From: Candidatus Fermentibacteraceae bacterium
Lineage (GTDB): Bacteria > Fermentibacterota > Fermentibacteria > Fermentibacterales > JCC-6
Reading direction: 5' to 3'
Length of the DNA stretch: 64,000 nucleotides
NCBI GenBank assembly: GCA_046485185.1
Contig: JAWOHL010000041.1
Location: forward strand, 3,299 to 67,298
This document shows, one piece after another, positions 1 through 9,219 of this stretch. Positions within the stretch are counted from its first letter, which is position 1, and each line of letters begins with the position of its first letter. Made by a program: the position numbers and the translations under genes. Below the pieces are notes generated by a model that searched no databases, was not told the DNA's origin, and saw only the letters and a list, made by a program, of their open reading frames with translations.

Positions 1-1535
1 CCGGGCTTTCCGCCCTTTTCACCCTGTCGGCCTGCTCCGGACCGTCAGGCACGGATCTTGGCGGCACAATCGAGTCTTACTTAAACGCCCTGGGCGGAAG
101 GGAGACCCTTGAGGGGATTCAGTCCGTGCACACCGTAGACAGCCTGAACATGGCCGGCCTTTCGGGGCTGAGCGAGGCCTGGTGGGTCCGGGAGCCCTTC
201 ATGGGAAGGGTGAGGGTCTCGCTTGGCCCGGTGGAGCAGAACATGCTGTTCCTGGGCGACAGCGTGTGGAGCCTCGACAGGAACGGCAACCTGGCCCAGG
301 CCGGCCAGGATGGGCTTTCACAGCTTGAAAGCGCCAGGGCCACGGTTTTCAACGGCGCTTTTCTGGGCGGTGAGAACCTCGAGTACCTTGGCGACTCACT
401 GGTTGCCTTCGAACGGGTGTCCCTCGTGCTGCTCGACATCGAGACACCGGTCGTCTACTGCATCTCGTGCGAGTCAGGGCTGCCGGTTGCCCTCATCACC
501 ACTGCCATGGGAATGACGATGGTTCAATACCCCGCTGACTTCACAGTCGTCGACGGGGTGACGATCGCCCTCTCCACCCGGGACGTTCTGCCCGAGATGG
601 GCATGGAAAGCACCAGCAGGAATATCCTGACCGAATTCAACACAGCCCACCTTTTTCACGACAGCATCTTCTCGCTGATCCCCGGCGCTCCGGACTGGCA
701 GCTCACAGTCTCCGGAACGCCCGAGCCGTTTCAACTCCACGGCGGGCACATCTACCTTTCCGTCAGGGTCAACGGCCGTGAAGCCCTGGCAGTGCTGGAC
801 AGCGGAGCGGGTGCCACTCTGCTCGACAGCGCCTTTGCCCGTGAGCTGGGGCTGCTTTCCGAGGGGGCCTTCAGGGCCCAGGGGCTGGGCGGATCGCAGG
901 AGTTCTCATTCGCCCCGGTAGACAGCTACGAAGTCGCGGGCGCGGTCCTGAGGGGCCAGATGCCCGCGGTGCTTTCCATACGCGACGCGTTCCTTCCCGC
1001 CACGGGCAGAAGCATTGACATGATACTCGGGTACGATTTCCTCAGCAGGTTCATCACCGAGATCGATTACCCCGCCGGTACCCTCACGCTTCACCGTCCC
1101 GGCGAGTACACCCCTCCCCCGGGAGCGCTGAGGGTTCAGGGCGAACTCTCGATGAGCCTGATATCATTCGAGGCCGTGATCGAGGACAGCATACCCGTTA
1201 CCCTGCTTCTCGACACAGGGGCCGGGGGCACCCTCCACCTTACCCGCACTTTCATGGAGAGCAGGGGCGAAGCACTTTTGGACAGGCCGTACCGGGAATC
1301 CCGGGTCGAGGCCGTGGGCGGCAGTGGAACGGTCAGGCTTTTCGCTGTAGAGTCGCTGGAACTGGCGGGCGCCACCATCGCGTGCGGTGAAGCGTCGGTC
1401 TTCGATGACATGGGACCACTGTCCCGCTTCGACGGCATCCTGGGAAGCGGCATACTGTCCCGCTACACACTGGTGCTGGATTACTCGATGCCGGGCTTCC
1501 ACCTCATCCCGCATGGGGAAAGCCCCATCAGGTGA
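1..1535 (+). CDS. Lipoprotein with two tandem retropepsin-like aspartic protease domains (5' end off-window)
   Basis: Frame 3 is open from nt 3 (GLSALFTLSACSG = end of a signal peptide with a lipobox), so the start lies upstream of the window. Two Asp-protease signatures, LDSGAGATLLD and LLDTGAGGTLHL, sit ~140 aa apart, each followed by an ILGxDFLSRF / ILGSGILSRY motif. Confidence 0.7.
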   Translation, partial: GLSALFTLSACSGPSGTDLGGTIESYLNALGGRETLEGIQSVHTVDSLNMAGLSGLSEAWWVREPFMGRVRVSLGPVEQNMLFLGDSVWSLDRNGNLAQAGQDGLSQLESARATVFNGAFLGGENLEYLGDSLVAFERVSLVLLDIETPVVYCISCESGLPVALITTAMGMTMVQYPADFTVVDGVTIALSTRDVLPEMGMESTSRNILTEFNTAHLFHDSIFSLIPGAPDWQLTVSGTPEPFQLHGGHIYLSVRVNGREALAVLDSGAGATLLDSAFARELGLLSEGAFRAQGLGGSQEFSFAPVDSYEVAGAVLRGQMPAVLSIRDAFLPATGRSIDMILGYDFLSRFITEIDYPAGTLTLHRPGEYTPPPGALRVQGELSMSLISFEAVIEDSIPVTLLLDTGAGGTLHLTRTFMESRGEALLDRPYRESRVEAVGGSGTVRLFAVESLELAGATIACGEASVFDDMGPLSRFDGILGSGILSRYTLVLDYSMPGFHLIPHGESPIR

Positions 1536-2436
1536 AGTGGTCGTAACCTTCCCCGGGGGGCTCGGTGCGACCGTCGGGATGAACAAGGAAAACACCTTCC
1601 CCCGCCTCGATCCACCCGACCTGGAAACACCCCGGAAAAACGCTTCCCGCCCGGGCGGTGAAAAGAAGCTCGTAATCCTCACCGGCACGAAACGCCTCTC
1701 CGGGTCTCCCCTCGGCGTAGGGCACCAGGGGTACGCTTTCGATTGACACGCAGACCCTCACCCCGCTTTCACCTGCTATGTGCGCCGCCTCGCTTGCAAG
1801 CCCGTCGGATATGTCGATGGCGCACCGGCACCCCGCTGCCCGAATGATCCGTGAGGCGTCGAACCTGGCCCTTGGCTCGAGAAAAAGCCTTACCTGTTCA
1901 GTTTCGAGGGGTGACAATGCCCTTGTCCTCGACTCATCGAGAAGCCCGGGGGAAGAGAGGGTTCGCCCCAGGGGGCCGGTCAAGAACAGGGCCTCGCCGG
2001 GAACCGCAGCCGAGCGCAGCAGCGGAGCCCCTTCCAGAGAGCCGATGGCCGTCAGTGTGATGCCGAAGGTTTCCCCCCGAACTGTCTCTCCCCCCGCCAG
2101 CCGGCAGTCCGGCCGCCCTGTCAGCCCCCTGTAGAGACCCAGCAACCAGTCGACCTCCATTTCGGGGGGAAGACTTATCGCGGCGAACAACCACAAGGGT
2201 TCCGCACCCATGGCCGCCAGGTCTGAGAGGGTGGCCTCCAGAAGCCTTCGGCCGAGCCGTTCAGGCGCACACCACCACCTCTGAAAGTGTACGCCCTGGA
2301 AGTACGAATCGACGGTCACCACAGGGGAAGGAATGCCGGGAAGCACCGCTCCGTCATCACCGGCAAGGTCCAGCCCCAGCTCACTGATGAGAAGCCTCAA
2401 AAAACCCCTCTCCCCAATCTCCCCCACCGTGCTCAT
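1528..2436 (-). CDS. thiL: Thiamine-monophosphate kinase
   Basis: AIR-synthase-fold N-terminus: GERGFLRLL, AGDDGAVL, TVDSYFQGVHF, LSDLAAMGAEP, GGETV. The ATG overlaps the mtnP stop by 1 nt. Confidence 0.8.
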   Translation of the reverse strand: MSTVGEIGERGFLRLLISELGLDLAGDDGAVLPGIPSPVVTVDSYFQGVHFQRWWCAPERLGRRLLEATLSDLAAMGAEPLWLFAAISLPPEMEVDWLLGLYRGLTGRPDCRLAGGETVRGETFGITLTAIGSLEGAPLLRSAAVPGEALFLTGPLGRTLSSPGLLDESRTRALSPLETEQVRLFLEPRARFDASRIIRAAGCRCAIDISDGLASEAAHIAGESGVRVCVSIESVPLVPYAEGRPGEAFRAGEDYELLFTARAGSVFPGCFQVGWIEAGEGVFLVHPDGRTEPPGEGYDHFT

Positions 2437-3293
2437 CAGCGCCTCAGCACAACTTCCAGCGCGCTCATCAGCTCACCGTCCCGTTTGTCATGACCGGTAA
2501 CCACGCCCAGCGGCTCCCTGCACCGGCACGGAACACGGGCATCGGAACTCCCAAGAAGGGCAAGGGCTTTCCCAAGCACGTCAAGGGCCATTGCAGCGTT
2601 GTCCTGCATGACCTGGAACACCATGGCGCCAGTTACTTCCTCGCCGGCCTCGCGCCAGCAGTCGTAGTCGGTGCTCATGGCAATGGTGGCGTAGCAGATG
2701 CCGGCTTCACGGGCAAGCTTGGCCTCGGGGAGGGCCGTCATGCCGATAACGGAGGCGCCCATCGACCTGTAGAAATTGCTCTCCGCCCTGGTGCTGAAGG
2801 CTGGGCCCTCCATCACGACAAGGATTCCGCCGGAATGAACGACAGCCCCCGCAGACTCGGCGGCGCGGGTGAGAACACCTCGCAAAGACTTGCAGAACGG
2901 GTCTCCGAATGAGGCGTGTGCCACGGCGCCCCGGCCGAAGAAAGTGTTCTTCCGGGCCCCGAGCGTCCTGTCGAACAGCTGGTCAGGCACCACGAAGTGC
3001 CTGGGGGCTATCTCCTCACTCAGGCTTCCCACAGCGCTGAAGCTGATAAGCGTTTCGACCCCCAGAGACTTGAGCGCGTATATGTTGGCGGCGTAGGGAA
3101 CCTCGGACGGTGTGTATCTGTGGCCCTCGCCGTGTCTGGCCATGAACGCGGTCTCAACTCCGTGAAGCTCCCCCAGCACCACCGGGGAGGAGGGTTCTCC
3201 GAACGGCGTCTCCACATTCTCCACACCCTTCACCGTGATACCGGGAATGGAGTACAGGCCGCTTCCTCCTATGATGCCGATGCGCTTTGCCAT
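2436..3293 (-). CDS. mtnP: S-methyl-5'-thioadenosine phosphorylase
   Basis: MAKRIGIIGGSGLY..ETPFGEPS..FMARHGEGHRYTPSEVPYAANIYALKSLGV fits the MTAP/PNP family. GGAGG lies 7 nt upstream of ATG 3293. The longer ORF start at 3455 would run antisense into rlmN. Confidence 0.85.
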   Translation of the reverse strand: MAKRIGIIGGSGLYSIPGITVKGVENVETPFGEPSSPVVLGELHGVETAFMARHGEGHRYTPSEVPYAANIYALKSLGVETLISFSAVGSLSEEIAPRHFVVPDQLFDRTLGARKNTFFGRGAVAHASFGDPFCKSLRGVLTRAAESAGAVVHSGGILVVMEGPAFSTRAESNFYRSMGASVIGMTALPEAKLAREAGICYATIAMSTDYDCWREAGEEVTGAMVFQVMQDNAAMALDVLGKALALLGSSDARVPCRCREPLGVVTGHDKRDGELMSALEVVLRR

Positions 3294-3308
3294 TATCTTT
3301 CCTCCATC

Positions 3309-4388
3309 ATGATCATGAGCATGGTTGACGGATCCAAATATACCCCGGTCCAGAACCTCACGGGCATGCCGTGGGACGAACTTGAGGACTGGGTTGCGGG
3401 CGAGCTTCTCGAACGGCCCTTCAGGGCAAGGCAGCTCTTCTCGTGGATCCACCACAGGGGCGCTGAATCCTTCAAAGACATGACGGACATCCCGAAAGCG
3501 CTTCGGGAAAGGCTTTCGGAGTGCGCCTGCCTTACCGTCCTCGAAACCATCGAAAGGGCCGACGGCGACGACGGCACACAGAGGTTCCTTTTAAGGCTTC
3601 CCGACGGGCTGGTGGCCGAATCGGTCCTGATCCCCGACCCTCCACGGCTTACAGCCTGCCTCTCCACCCAGGTCGGGTGTAAAATGAAGTGCGCCTTCTG
3701 CATGACCGGACAGGTGGGCTTCAGGCGAAACCTCTCCGCCCACGAGATCACGGCCCAGCTCTACGCGCTAAGAAAAGCCTCGTCGGAAAGGATATCGAAC
3801 GTCGTGCTCATGGGTATGGGCGAACCGCTTGACAACCTCGACCAGGTGCTTCCAGCCCTTCTGGTAGTAAGCCACGATTCGGGGATATGCATAGGCCAGA
3901 GAAAGATCACCATCTCCACCATTGGGCTTCCAAATGGGATCGAGAGACTGTCCAAACTGGGCAGACAGTACGGCCTGGCCCTCTCACTCCACAGCGCTGT
4001 TGCGAGAACCAGGGAGATGCTGGTCCCTGCCGCTGCGGCCACAAGCCTGCACCACCTCAAGCAGAGCCTTGTGGCCTGGACGGATGCCGTGGGAAGAAGG
4101 GTCACCCTCGAATACTGCCTGATCGCGGGTGTCAACGACTCGCAACGGGAGGCCGACGCCCTGGCCGACTTCGCACAGGGGTTGCCCTGCAAGATAAACC
4201 TCCTGCTTTACAACCGGGTTACCGGCCTTCCCTGGAAAAGGCCCGACGAACGCACGGTGAGCGCATTCATGGCTCACCTCTTTCCACGCTGCCCTGCCGT
4301 CACGCTCAGAAAGTCACGGGGCTCGGATGTTCAGGGCGCCTGTGGCCAGCTCGGGGCGTCGGTTCTTTCCACCACGACCGAAGGCTGA
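3309..4388 (+). CDS. rlmN: 23S rRNA/tRNA adenine-C2 methyltransferase RlmN (radical SAM)
   Basis: ARQLFSWIHHRG N-terminus, radical SAM cluster GCKMKCAFCMTG, C-terminal GACGQL. Start taken at ATG 3309 (3315 or 3321 also possible). The 5' part of the 490-aa ORF is antisense to mtnP. Confidence 0.85.
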   Translation: MIMSMVDGSKYTPVQNLTGMPWDELEDWVAGELLERPFRARQLFSWIHHRGAESFKDMTDIPKALRERLSECACLTVLETIERADGDDGTQRFLLRLPDGLVAESVLIPDPPRLTACLSTQVGCKMKCAFCMTGQVGFRRNLSAHEITAQLYALRKASSERISNVVLMGMGEPLDNLDQVLPALLVVSHDSGICIGQRKITISTIGLPNGIERLSKLGRQYGLALSLHSAVARTREMLVPAAAATSLHHLKQSLVAWTDAVGRRVTLEYCLIAGVNDSQREADALADFAQGLPCKINLLLYNRVTGLPWKRPDERTVSAFMAHLFPRCPAVTLRKSRGSDVQGACGQLGASVLSTTTEG

Positions 4389-4488
4389 CCGGCGTTCAGC
4401 TATTCCCATGAACATGACGGCGCTTGACTGGGCGTGCGGGGCGTGTTATCGGTAGTCTGAAGGTTGAACCTACTCAGAGGAGGCGGGT

Positions 4489-5568
4489 ATGACACCACTA
4501 GTCATCGTCGTTCTCTCGGGGTTGCCCACGGCATGCCCCGTTGCGGAATACCAGGACATCGAGATATACGTGGTGGACACGTGGCAGGTGCCCTACGTCA
4601 CTGAGATACAGGACATAAGCTACAACTGGGATACCGGCCAGATGGTCCTGCGAAGCAATGCCGACGGCAAGCTGTTCCTGGCCGACCCGTGGGGGTGCGC
4701 TTACGAGGGCGGGATCGCGCTGCCCGAAGGAGCCTCAACGGGTTTCGGGGTTGCGTGGGACCCCTCGAACACCCACGAATACTACATAAACAACGGCCAG
4801 GCACCCCTGCTCATCCTTCATTCCGACGGCTCCGATTCATGGAGTTCGTTCCCCAACCCCGACCCGACCGGCGGAAGCGCGATGGACTTCGATACCTGGT
4901 TCGGAGGCGGCATGTCCGACATTCTTTTCCAGGCATCGGCAGCGCCGCCATGGCAGTTGTACGGAATGGAGACAGATGGTTCCGGAAGCAGCGCGACGGC
5001 CCTGCCTGCGGTGACGGGTGTCATTGGCGGCATACTGGCCCACGAGATTGCCACCCTTTCATATGATGAGTTCCCCGCCCTCATCGTCACCACCAGGTAC
5101 GATCACCAGTTCCATTTTTTCTGGAGGTCAGGCGATGTCTACGTCCAGTACGGTCTCGAGCCCTGCCCCGTGCCGGTTTTGGAATCCCTGGGGCTGACAA
5201 TGTCGGGGTCGCATGTGTACTGGGCCTTCAAGGGAACCGACGGCGGTTACTACCTTAGCGCCCTTGAGATACCGGTTTTCGGAGGTGTGGCTGATGAGAC
5301 GTCGGCTTCGGTTCCGGGTCCCCGGGTCCTGAGTGTTCTGGAAAACCCGTGCCGGAACGGCGCTGAACTTCTGGTGACCCTTCCGGAACCTGAACAGGTG
5401 ACATTGGACATCTACGACCTGTCGGGAAGGCTTGTCTCAAGGGTATGCGCCGAACCCCTTCCCCCGGGCGGCAACCTCTTCGGATTCACCGGCACGGCGG
5501 GCGTTTATACCGCTGTCCTGAGGCTCCCCGACCGCTCCGAGAGCGTAAGGTTCGTGCTTGTCAGGTAA
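4489..5568 (+). CDS. Secreted hypothetical protein with T9SS-type / FlgD-Ig-like C-terminal domain
   Basis: AGGAGG before the ATG and a short hydrophobic N-terminus. The last ~75 aa (LENPCRNGAELLVTLPEPEQVTLDIYDLSGRLV...GVYTAVLRL...RFVLVR) match the Por-secretion-tail / FlgD-Ig pattern. Confidence 0.6.
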   Translation: MTPLVIVVLSGLPTACPVAEYQDIEIYVVDTWQVPYVTEIQDISYNWDTGQMVLRSNADGKLFLADPWGCAYEGGIALPEGASTGFGVAWDPSNTHEYYINNGQAPLLILHSDGSDSWSSFPNPDPTGGSAMDFDTWFGGGMSDILFQASAAPPWQLYGMETDGSGSSATALPAVTGVIGGILAHEIATLSYDEFPALIVTTRYDHQFHFFWRSGDVYVQYGLEPCPVPVLESLGLTMSGSHVYWAFKGTDGGYYLSALEIPVFGGVADETSASVPGPRVLSVLENPCRNGAELLVTLPEPEQVTLDIYDLSGRLVSRVCAEPLPPGGNLFGFTGTAGVYTAVLRLPDRSESVRFVLVR

Positions 5569-5571
5569 GGC

Positions 5572-6138
5572 CTAGAACACCACCGAAGCCATGAGCCTCA
5601 GAGCGCCGCACTCCTTCTCCTCGCCCGCAAGGGATGCGCCGAGGGGCATGAAGTCGGCCGTTGCCGAAAGCTCGAAGTAGTTGGTCCAGCCGAACGGAAC
5701 CCGGGCACCCAGTTCAACACCGACTATCCCTCCTCCGGTGGTCGTGCTTTCGCCGTCACCCTCGGCACTGTCCCAGGCCAGTACCCCGCCCGCATGGATG
5801 CCGATGAGGGGTTCGATGCCCCGGGGGCCGGCATAACGCCTGTAGAAGGGGTACATCCGGTAGCTCAGGGTGAGAGGAACGAACGCCACTGAGCTGAAAG
5901 CCTCGTTGTCGGTGCCGGCAGTGAAGAACCCCGCCTTGAGGGCGAACTGATTGCCCTGGGTCATGGGCGTTTCCACACCGAGCATCCCCCCGAAACCCGT
6001 TCCGGCCTGGGTGTCCTCGCTGAAGAGCCAGGGAGTAAGCACTCCGGCTCCAACCGAAAAACTGAGGGAAGCCCTGTCTCCATGGCCGCCGGCATGGAGA
6101 ACCGCAGCCGCCAGAAACAATACCGCTGTAAACTTCAT
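5572..6138 (-). CDS. Small outer-membrane beta-barrel protein (OmpW/porin-like)
   Basis: Signal peptide MKFTAVLFLAAAVLHAGG, alternating beta-strand pattern, C-terminal ...LMASVVF. GGAGGG SD lies before ATG 6138. Confidence 0.6.
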   Translation of the reverse strand: MKFTAVLFLAAAVLHAGGHGDRASLSFSVGAGVLTPWLFSEDTQAGTGFGGMLGVETPMTQGNQFALKAGFFTAGTDNEAFSSVAFVPLTLSYRMYPFYRRYAGPRGIEPLIGIHAGGVLAWDSAEGDGESTTTGGGIVGVELGARVPFGWTNYFELSATADFMPLGASLAGEEKECGALRLMASVVF

Positions 6139-6198
6139 CGTCTCATCCCTCCTTCGAAACAAGGACCGCTTTCAATATGCCAAAACCACGAAGAAGTC

Positions 6199-7548
6199 TC
6201 ATCTGAGCACCACAAGCCTTGCAGGCAGCGCCACGCCGTCTGACACCAGGTAGACACCGGTCCTGAACCCCGTCACGTCCAGATGGAGTGCGCCGTCGGT
6301 TGGAGCACCCTCCCAGACCAGCCTGCCCGACAGATCGAACACCTGCACGGCAGTGGCGCCGGGGGACGTTCTGAACTCGGCCATTCCACAGGCGGGGTTG
6401 GGTGTGAGCACCGGAGCGTTCGGGGTGACGCTTCCCGATATCCCAAGCGGAGGGCAGCTGCCCTGGGCGTCTACTTCCTTCGCCATCACGTCCTCGCCGA
6501 TCAGAATGCCCGAACCGCCGAGAAGGAACCCTCCGCCGGGCAACGCTGTGATCTGCCTCACCAGGCCGGCGTCGTACACCCACTCGGCAAGAACCTCACC
6601 GTCCTCTTCGTCGAAGATCACAACGGTCTGAACGATGTTGCCTGTCTCGGGTTCGGAAAAACCGGCTGCGACCGCCCTGCCTTCGCTTACTGTAAGCGCC
6701 ATGCTGGTGTCGGTGCCCTTGCCGCCCCAGACTGTATCCCAGACGATCCCGCCCTGGTCGTCCAGCTTCAGTGTCCACCAGTCGTAGCTGCCCATGCCGA
6801 AAGAGAGAGTGGAGCCTGTAACGTAGAAACAGTCACCGTGCTGGATGGTCCTCCAGGGGTAGTCGAACTGGGGTCCGCCGCAGGTCGTGCTCCAGAGCGT
6901 GTCGCCCTGCGAGTCGGTGCGGATTATCCAGTAATCCCCCAGCCCCGCTCCCCAGCCCATGGCCAGCCCGGAAATGATGTAACCGCCATCTGAGCAGGGC
7001 GCCACATGGTGAGCTGTCTCCTCGTCAGCGGTTCCCAGCGTCTTCCTCCAAAGAAGGGTGCCGTCAGGGTCCATGGCGGCCAACACCACATCGAACCCAC
7101 CCGCTCCCTCGTTGGTCGTGCCGCCGGCGCAGAGTATGGTGCCGTCGGTTCCCTGGCACGCCGCTGTGAAGTGCTCGTTGCTCACCCTGTTCCGGTACTC
7201 CCACAGGACCTGTCCGTTCTCGTCTACGAAAAGTGCCATGGCCATGACGCCCACTTCGTCTTCGGTCATGGAGCCCGTGATGACCATTCCCCCCTCAACG
7301 GCGGTCATGGATATGAGGTTGCAGCTTCTTCCCCTGACCAGTGAATCGACCCAGAGCAACTCTCCCGCGTGGTCGAAACCCGCAAGCAGAACCTGGGTGT
7401 CGCCGCTTCCGCCATAGGGGGTGTTCCCCGCCACCATGCACCCGTAGGAGGTTGGTACGGCAGCTTTACCCTCCTGGTCTCCCGGGTGGGGAACCAGCGA
7501 ATTGAAAACCCCGGTCAGTAACAGGGCCGTGAGCGCCAGTGCGTGCAA
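6199..7548 (-). CDS. Secreted beta-propeller-like repeat protein with T9SS-type / FlgD-Ig-like C-terminal domain
   Basis: Signal peptide. About 6 repeats of ~45 aa of the form DGGxxIxG...GxxDxWxxxxDxxGxxxW. The tail is AVQVFDLSGRLVWEG...GVYLVSDG...RLVVLR. Confidence 0.6.
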   Translation of the reverse strand: MHALALTALLLTGVFNSLVPHPGDQEGKAAVPTSYGCMVAGNTPYGGSGDTQVLLAGFDHAGELLWVDSLVRGRSCNLISMTAVEGGMVITGSMTEDEVGVMAMALFVDENGQVLWEYRNRVSNEHFTAACQGTDGTILCAGGTTNEGAGGFDVVLAAMDPDGTLLWRKTLGTADEETAHHVAPCSDGGYIISGLAMGWGAGLGDYWIIRTDSQGDTLWSTTCGGPQFDYPWRTIQHGDCFYVTGSTLSFGMGSYDWWTLKLDDQGGIVWDTVWGGKGTDTSMALTVSEGRAVAAGFSEPETGNIVQTVVIFDEEDGEVLAEWVYDAGLVRQITALPGGGFLLGGSGILIGEDVMAKEVDAQGSCPPLGISGSVTPNAPVLTPNPACGMAEFRTSPGATAVQVFDLSGRLVWEGAPTDGALHLDVTGFRTGVYLVSDGVALPARLVVLR

Positions 7549-7563
7549 ATGCGAACCGTCCCG

Positions 7564-9219
7564 TCAGTTGAGGCCAGGGCACTCCCTGATGATACTTTCA
7601 TCAAGGTCGCTGGTTCCGTAAGCCTTGCGGAAATGCGCGGCGAATTCTCCCGCCAGCTTCGACGCCCGTTCGTGGTAGGCTTCGGGGTCTGACCATGTGT
7701 TGCCCGGGTTGAGTATCCCGCAATCGGAAAGACCGGGGCAGGTCAGGGGCACGAGCACCTTGAAATAAGGGTCGGGGACGCACGGCACGTTGTGGAGTCC
7801 GCCGTTCAAAGCTGCATTCAGCATGGCCCTGGTGAGTGGAAGACTGATGCGCTTCCCGATGCCGAAGGGGCCTCCGCTCCATCCCGTATTCAGAAGAAAG
7901 GCTTCGGTGCTGTGCTTCTCGAGTTTTTCGCCCAGCATGCCGGCGTAAACGCCGGGTTTCAGCGGCATGAAGGGTCCGCCGAAGAAACGGCTGAACGTGC
8001 TCACGGGCTCCACGATGCCCGTTTCGGTCCCCGCGAGCTTGCTTGTGTAGCCCATGAGGAACCAGAACATGGCCTGGTTCATCGTGAGTTTGGAGATGGG
8101 AGGGAGAACCCCGTTGGCGTCGGCGGTGAGAAAGACGATGGTTCCCGGGTGACCGCCGGTGCTTGACTCCTTGATGCTGGGCAGGAAACTCAGGGGGTAG
8201 CTGCCGCGCGAGTTCTCGGTGAGCCTCTTGTCGAAAAGGTCGAAGCTCCCGTCGGGGTAGACCATTACGTTCTCGATGATGGCGCCGTGACGAAGGAAGT
8301 CGTCGTCGTGGAAACACGCCCTGTAGATATCGGGTTCCTTCTCCGCGGAAAGGTCAACAAGCTTGGCGTAGCAGCCGTACTCGAAGTTGGCCGTCCCGTG
8401 ATCGCTCCAGCCGTGTTCGTCGTCGCCGAGAAGAGACCTGGACGCGTCAGCGGAAAGCGTTGTCTTGCCAGTGCCGGACAACCCCAGCATGAGTGCGCAG
8501 CTCCCGTCCGGACCCTCGTTGGCGCTGCAGTGCAGGGGAAGCACGCCTTCGGCTGGAAGCAGGTAGTTCATCACGGTGAAGATCAGCTTCTTCACGCTTC
8601 CGCAGTACGCGCTGCCGTACACGATGCCCAGCATCCTGTCCATGTCCATGGCGACGACCATGGTGGAGGCGCCGCCCAGAGCCGGATCGTTCCTGAGCCT
8701 GCCGGCGTAGCGGACCTGGTCGAGCTTGTGGTTCGGAAGGACAACGAGGGTGTAGGGCCTGGTGTGGAAAACGGACCTGTGAAGGTCTGCCGGCACCGGT
8801 CTGAACATGTTGTCGGTGAAAAGCGCTGTCAGGGCGGTGTCGGTGACCACCCTCACCGGAAGGGCGTACCCGGCATCAGCGCCAACCACCCTGTCGGTGA
8901 TGAAAATTCCAGGGACCTTCTCCAGAACACTGAGCGCATCCTCCCAGACCATGTCGAAGGTTTCCGGGGCGAGGGGAAGGTTGTTAGGGCTGGTCCAGTC
9001 CACGAGATCGCTGCTCTCGGGCCGCTTCACGATGACCGTGTCCTTGGGGCTCCGCCCGGAGGATTCGGGTCTGGTCCAGGTGGCCAGGGCGCCACACTTC
9101 ATGACCATGGCGTCACGGTTTTTCACCGAGGCATCGATCATGGCCTCCCTGGAGAGGTTTCCCCGGACAGCGGCGCCGCGTTTTTCAAGCAGATACTCAA
9201 GCTTATCAAGCAGTTGCAT
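7564..9219 (-). CDS. pckA: Phosphoenolpyruvate carboxykinase (ATP)
   Basis: GLSGTGKTTLS kinase-1a loop plus full-length PEPCK-ATP similarity (DEHGW, GCYAK, FLTADANGVLPP). Start taken at MQLLDKLEYL with a GAAGGGGG SD. Confidence 0.9.
   Translation of the reverse strand: MQLLDKLEYLLEKRGAAVRGNLSREAMIDASVKNRDAMVMKCGALATWTRPESSGRSPKDTVIVKRPESSDLVDWTSPNNLPLAPETFDMVWEDALSVLEKVPGIFITDRVVGADAGYALPVRVVTDTALTALFTDNMFRPVPADLHRSVFHTRPYTLVVLPNHKLDQVRYAGRLRNDPALGGASTMVVAMDMDRMLGIVYGSAYCGSVKKLIFTVMNYLLPAEGVLPLHCSANEGPDGSCALMLGLSGTGKTTLSADASRSLLGDDEHGWSDHGTANFEYGCYAKLVDLSAEKEPDIYRACFHDDDFLRHGAIIENVMVYPDGSFDLFDKRLTENSRGSYPLSFLPSIKESSTGGHPGTIVFLTADANGVLPPISKLTMNQAMFWFLMGYTSKLAGTETGIVEPVSTFSRFFGGPFMPLKPGVYAGMLGEKLEKHSTEAFLLNTGWSGGPFGIGKRISLPLTRAMLNAALNGGLHNVPCVPDPYFKVLVPLTCPGLSDCGILNPGNTWSDPEAYHERASKLAGEFAAHFRKAYGTSDLDESIIRECPGLN

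Noticed and set aside
5572-6138. The small barrel between two CTD proteins, considered as a dedicated PorV-like shuttle.
   Set aside because: It lacks the GGxG...NPA N-terminal signature seen in the barrels at 22217-23365 and 25806-26624. At 188 aa it looks like a generic 8-stranded OmpW/OmpA-like barrel. The evidence is insufficient.
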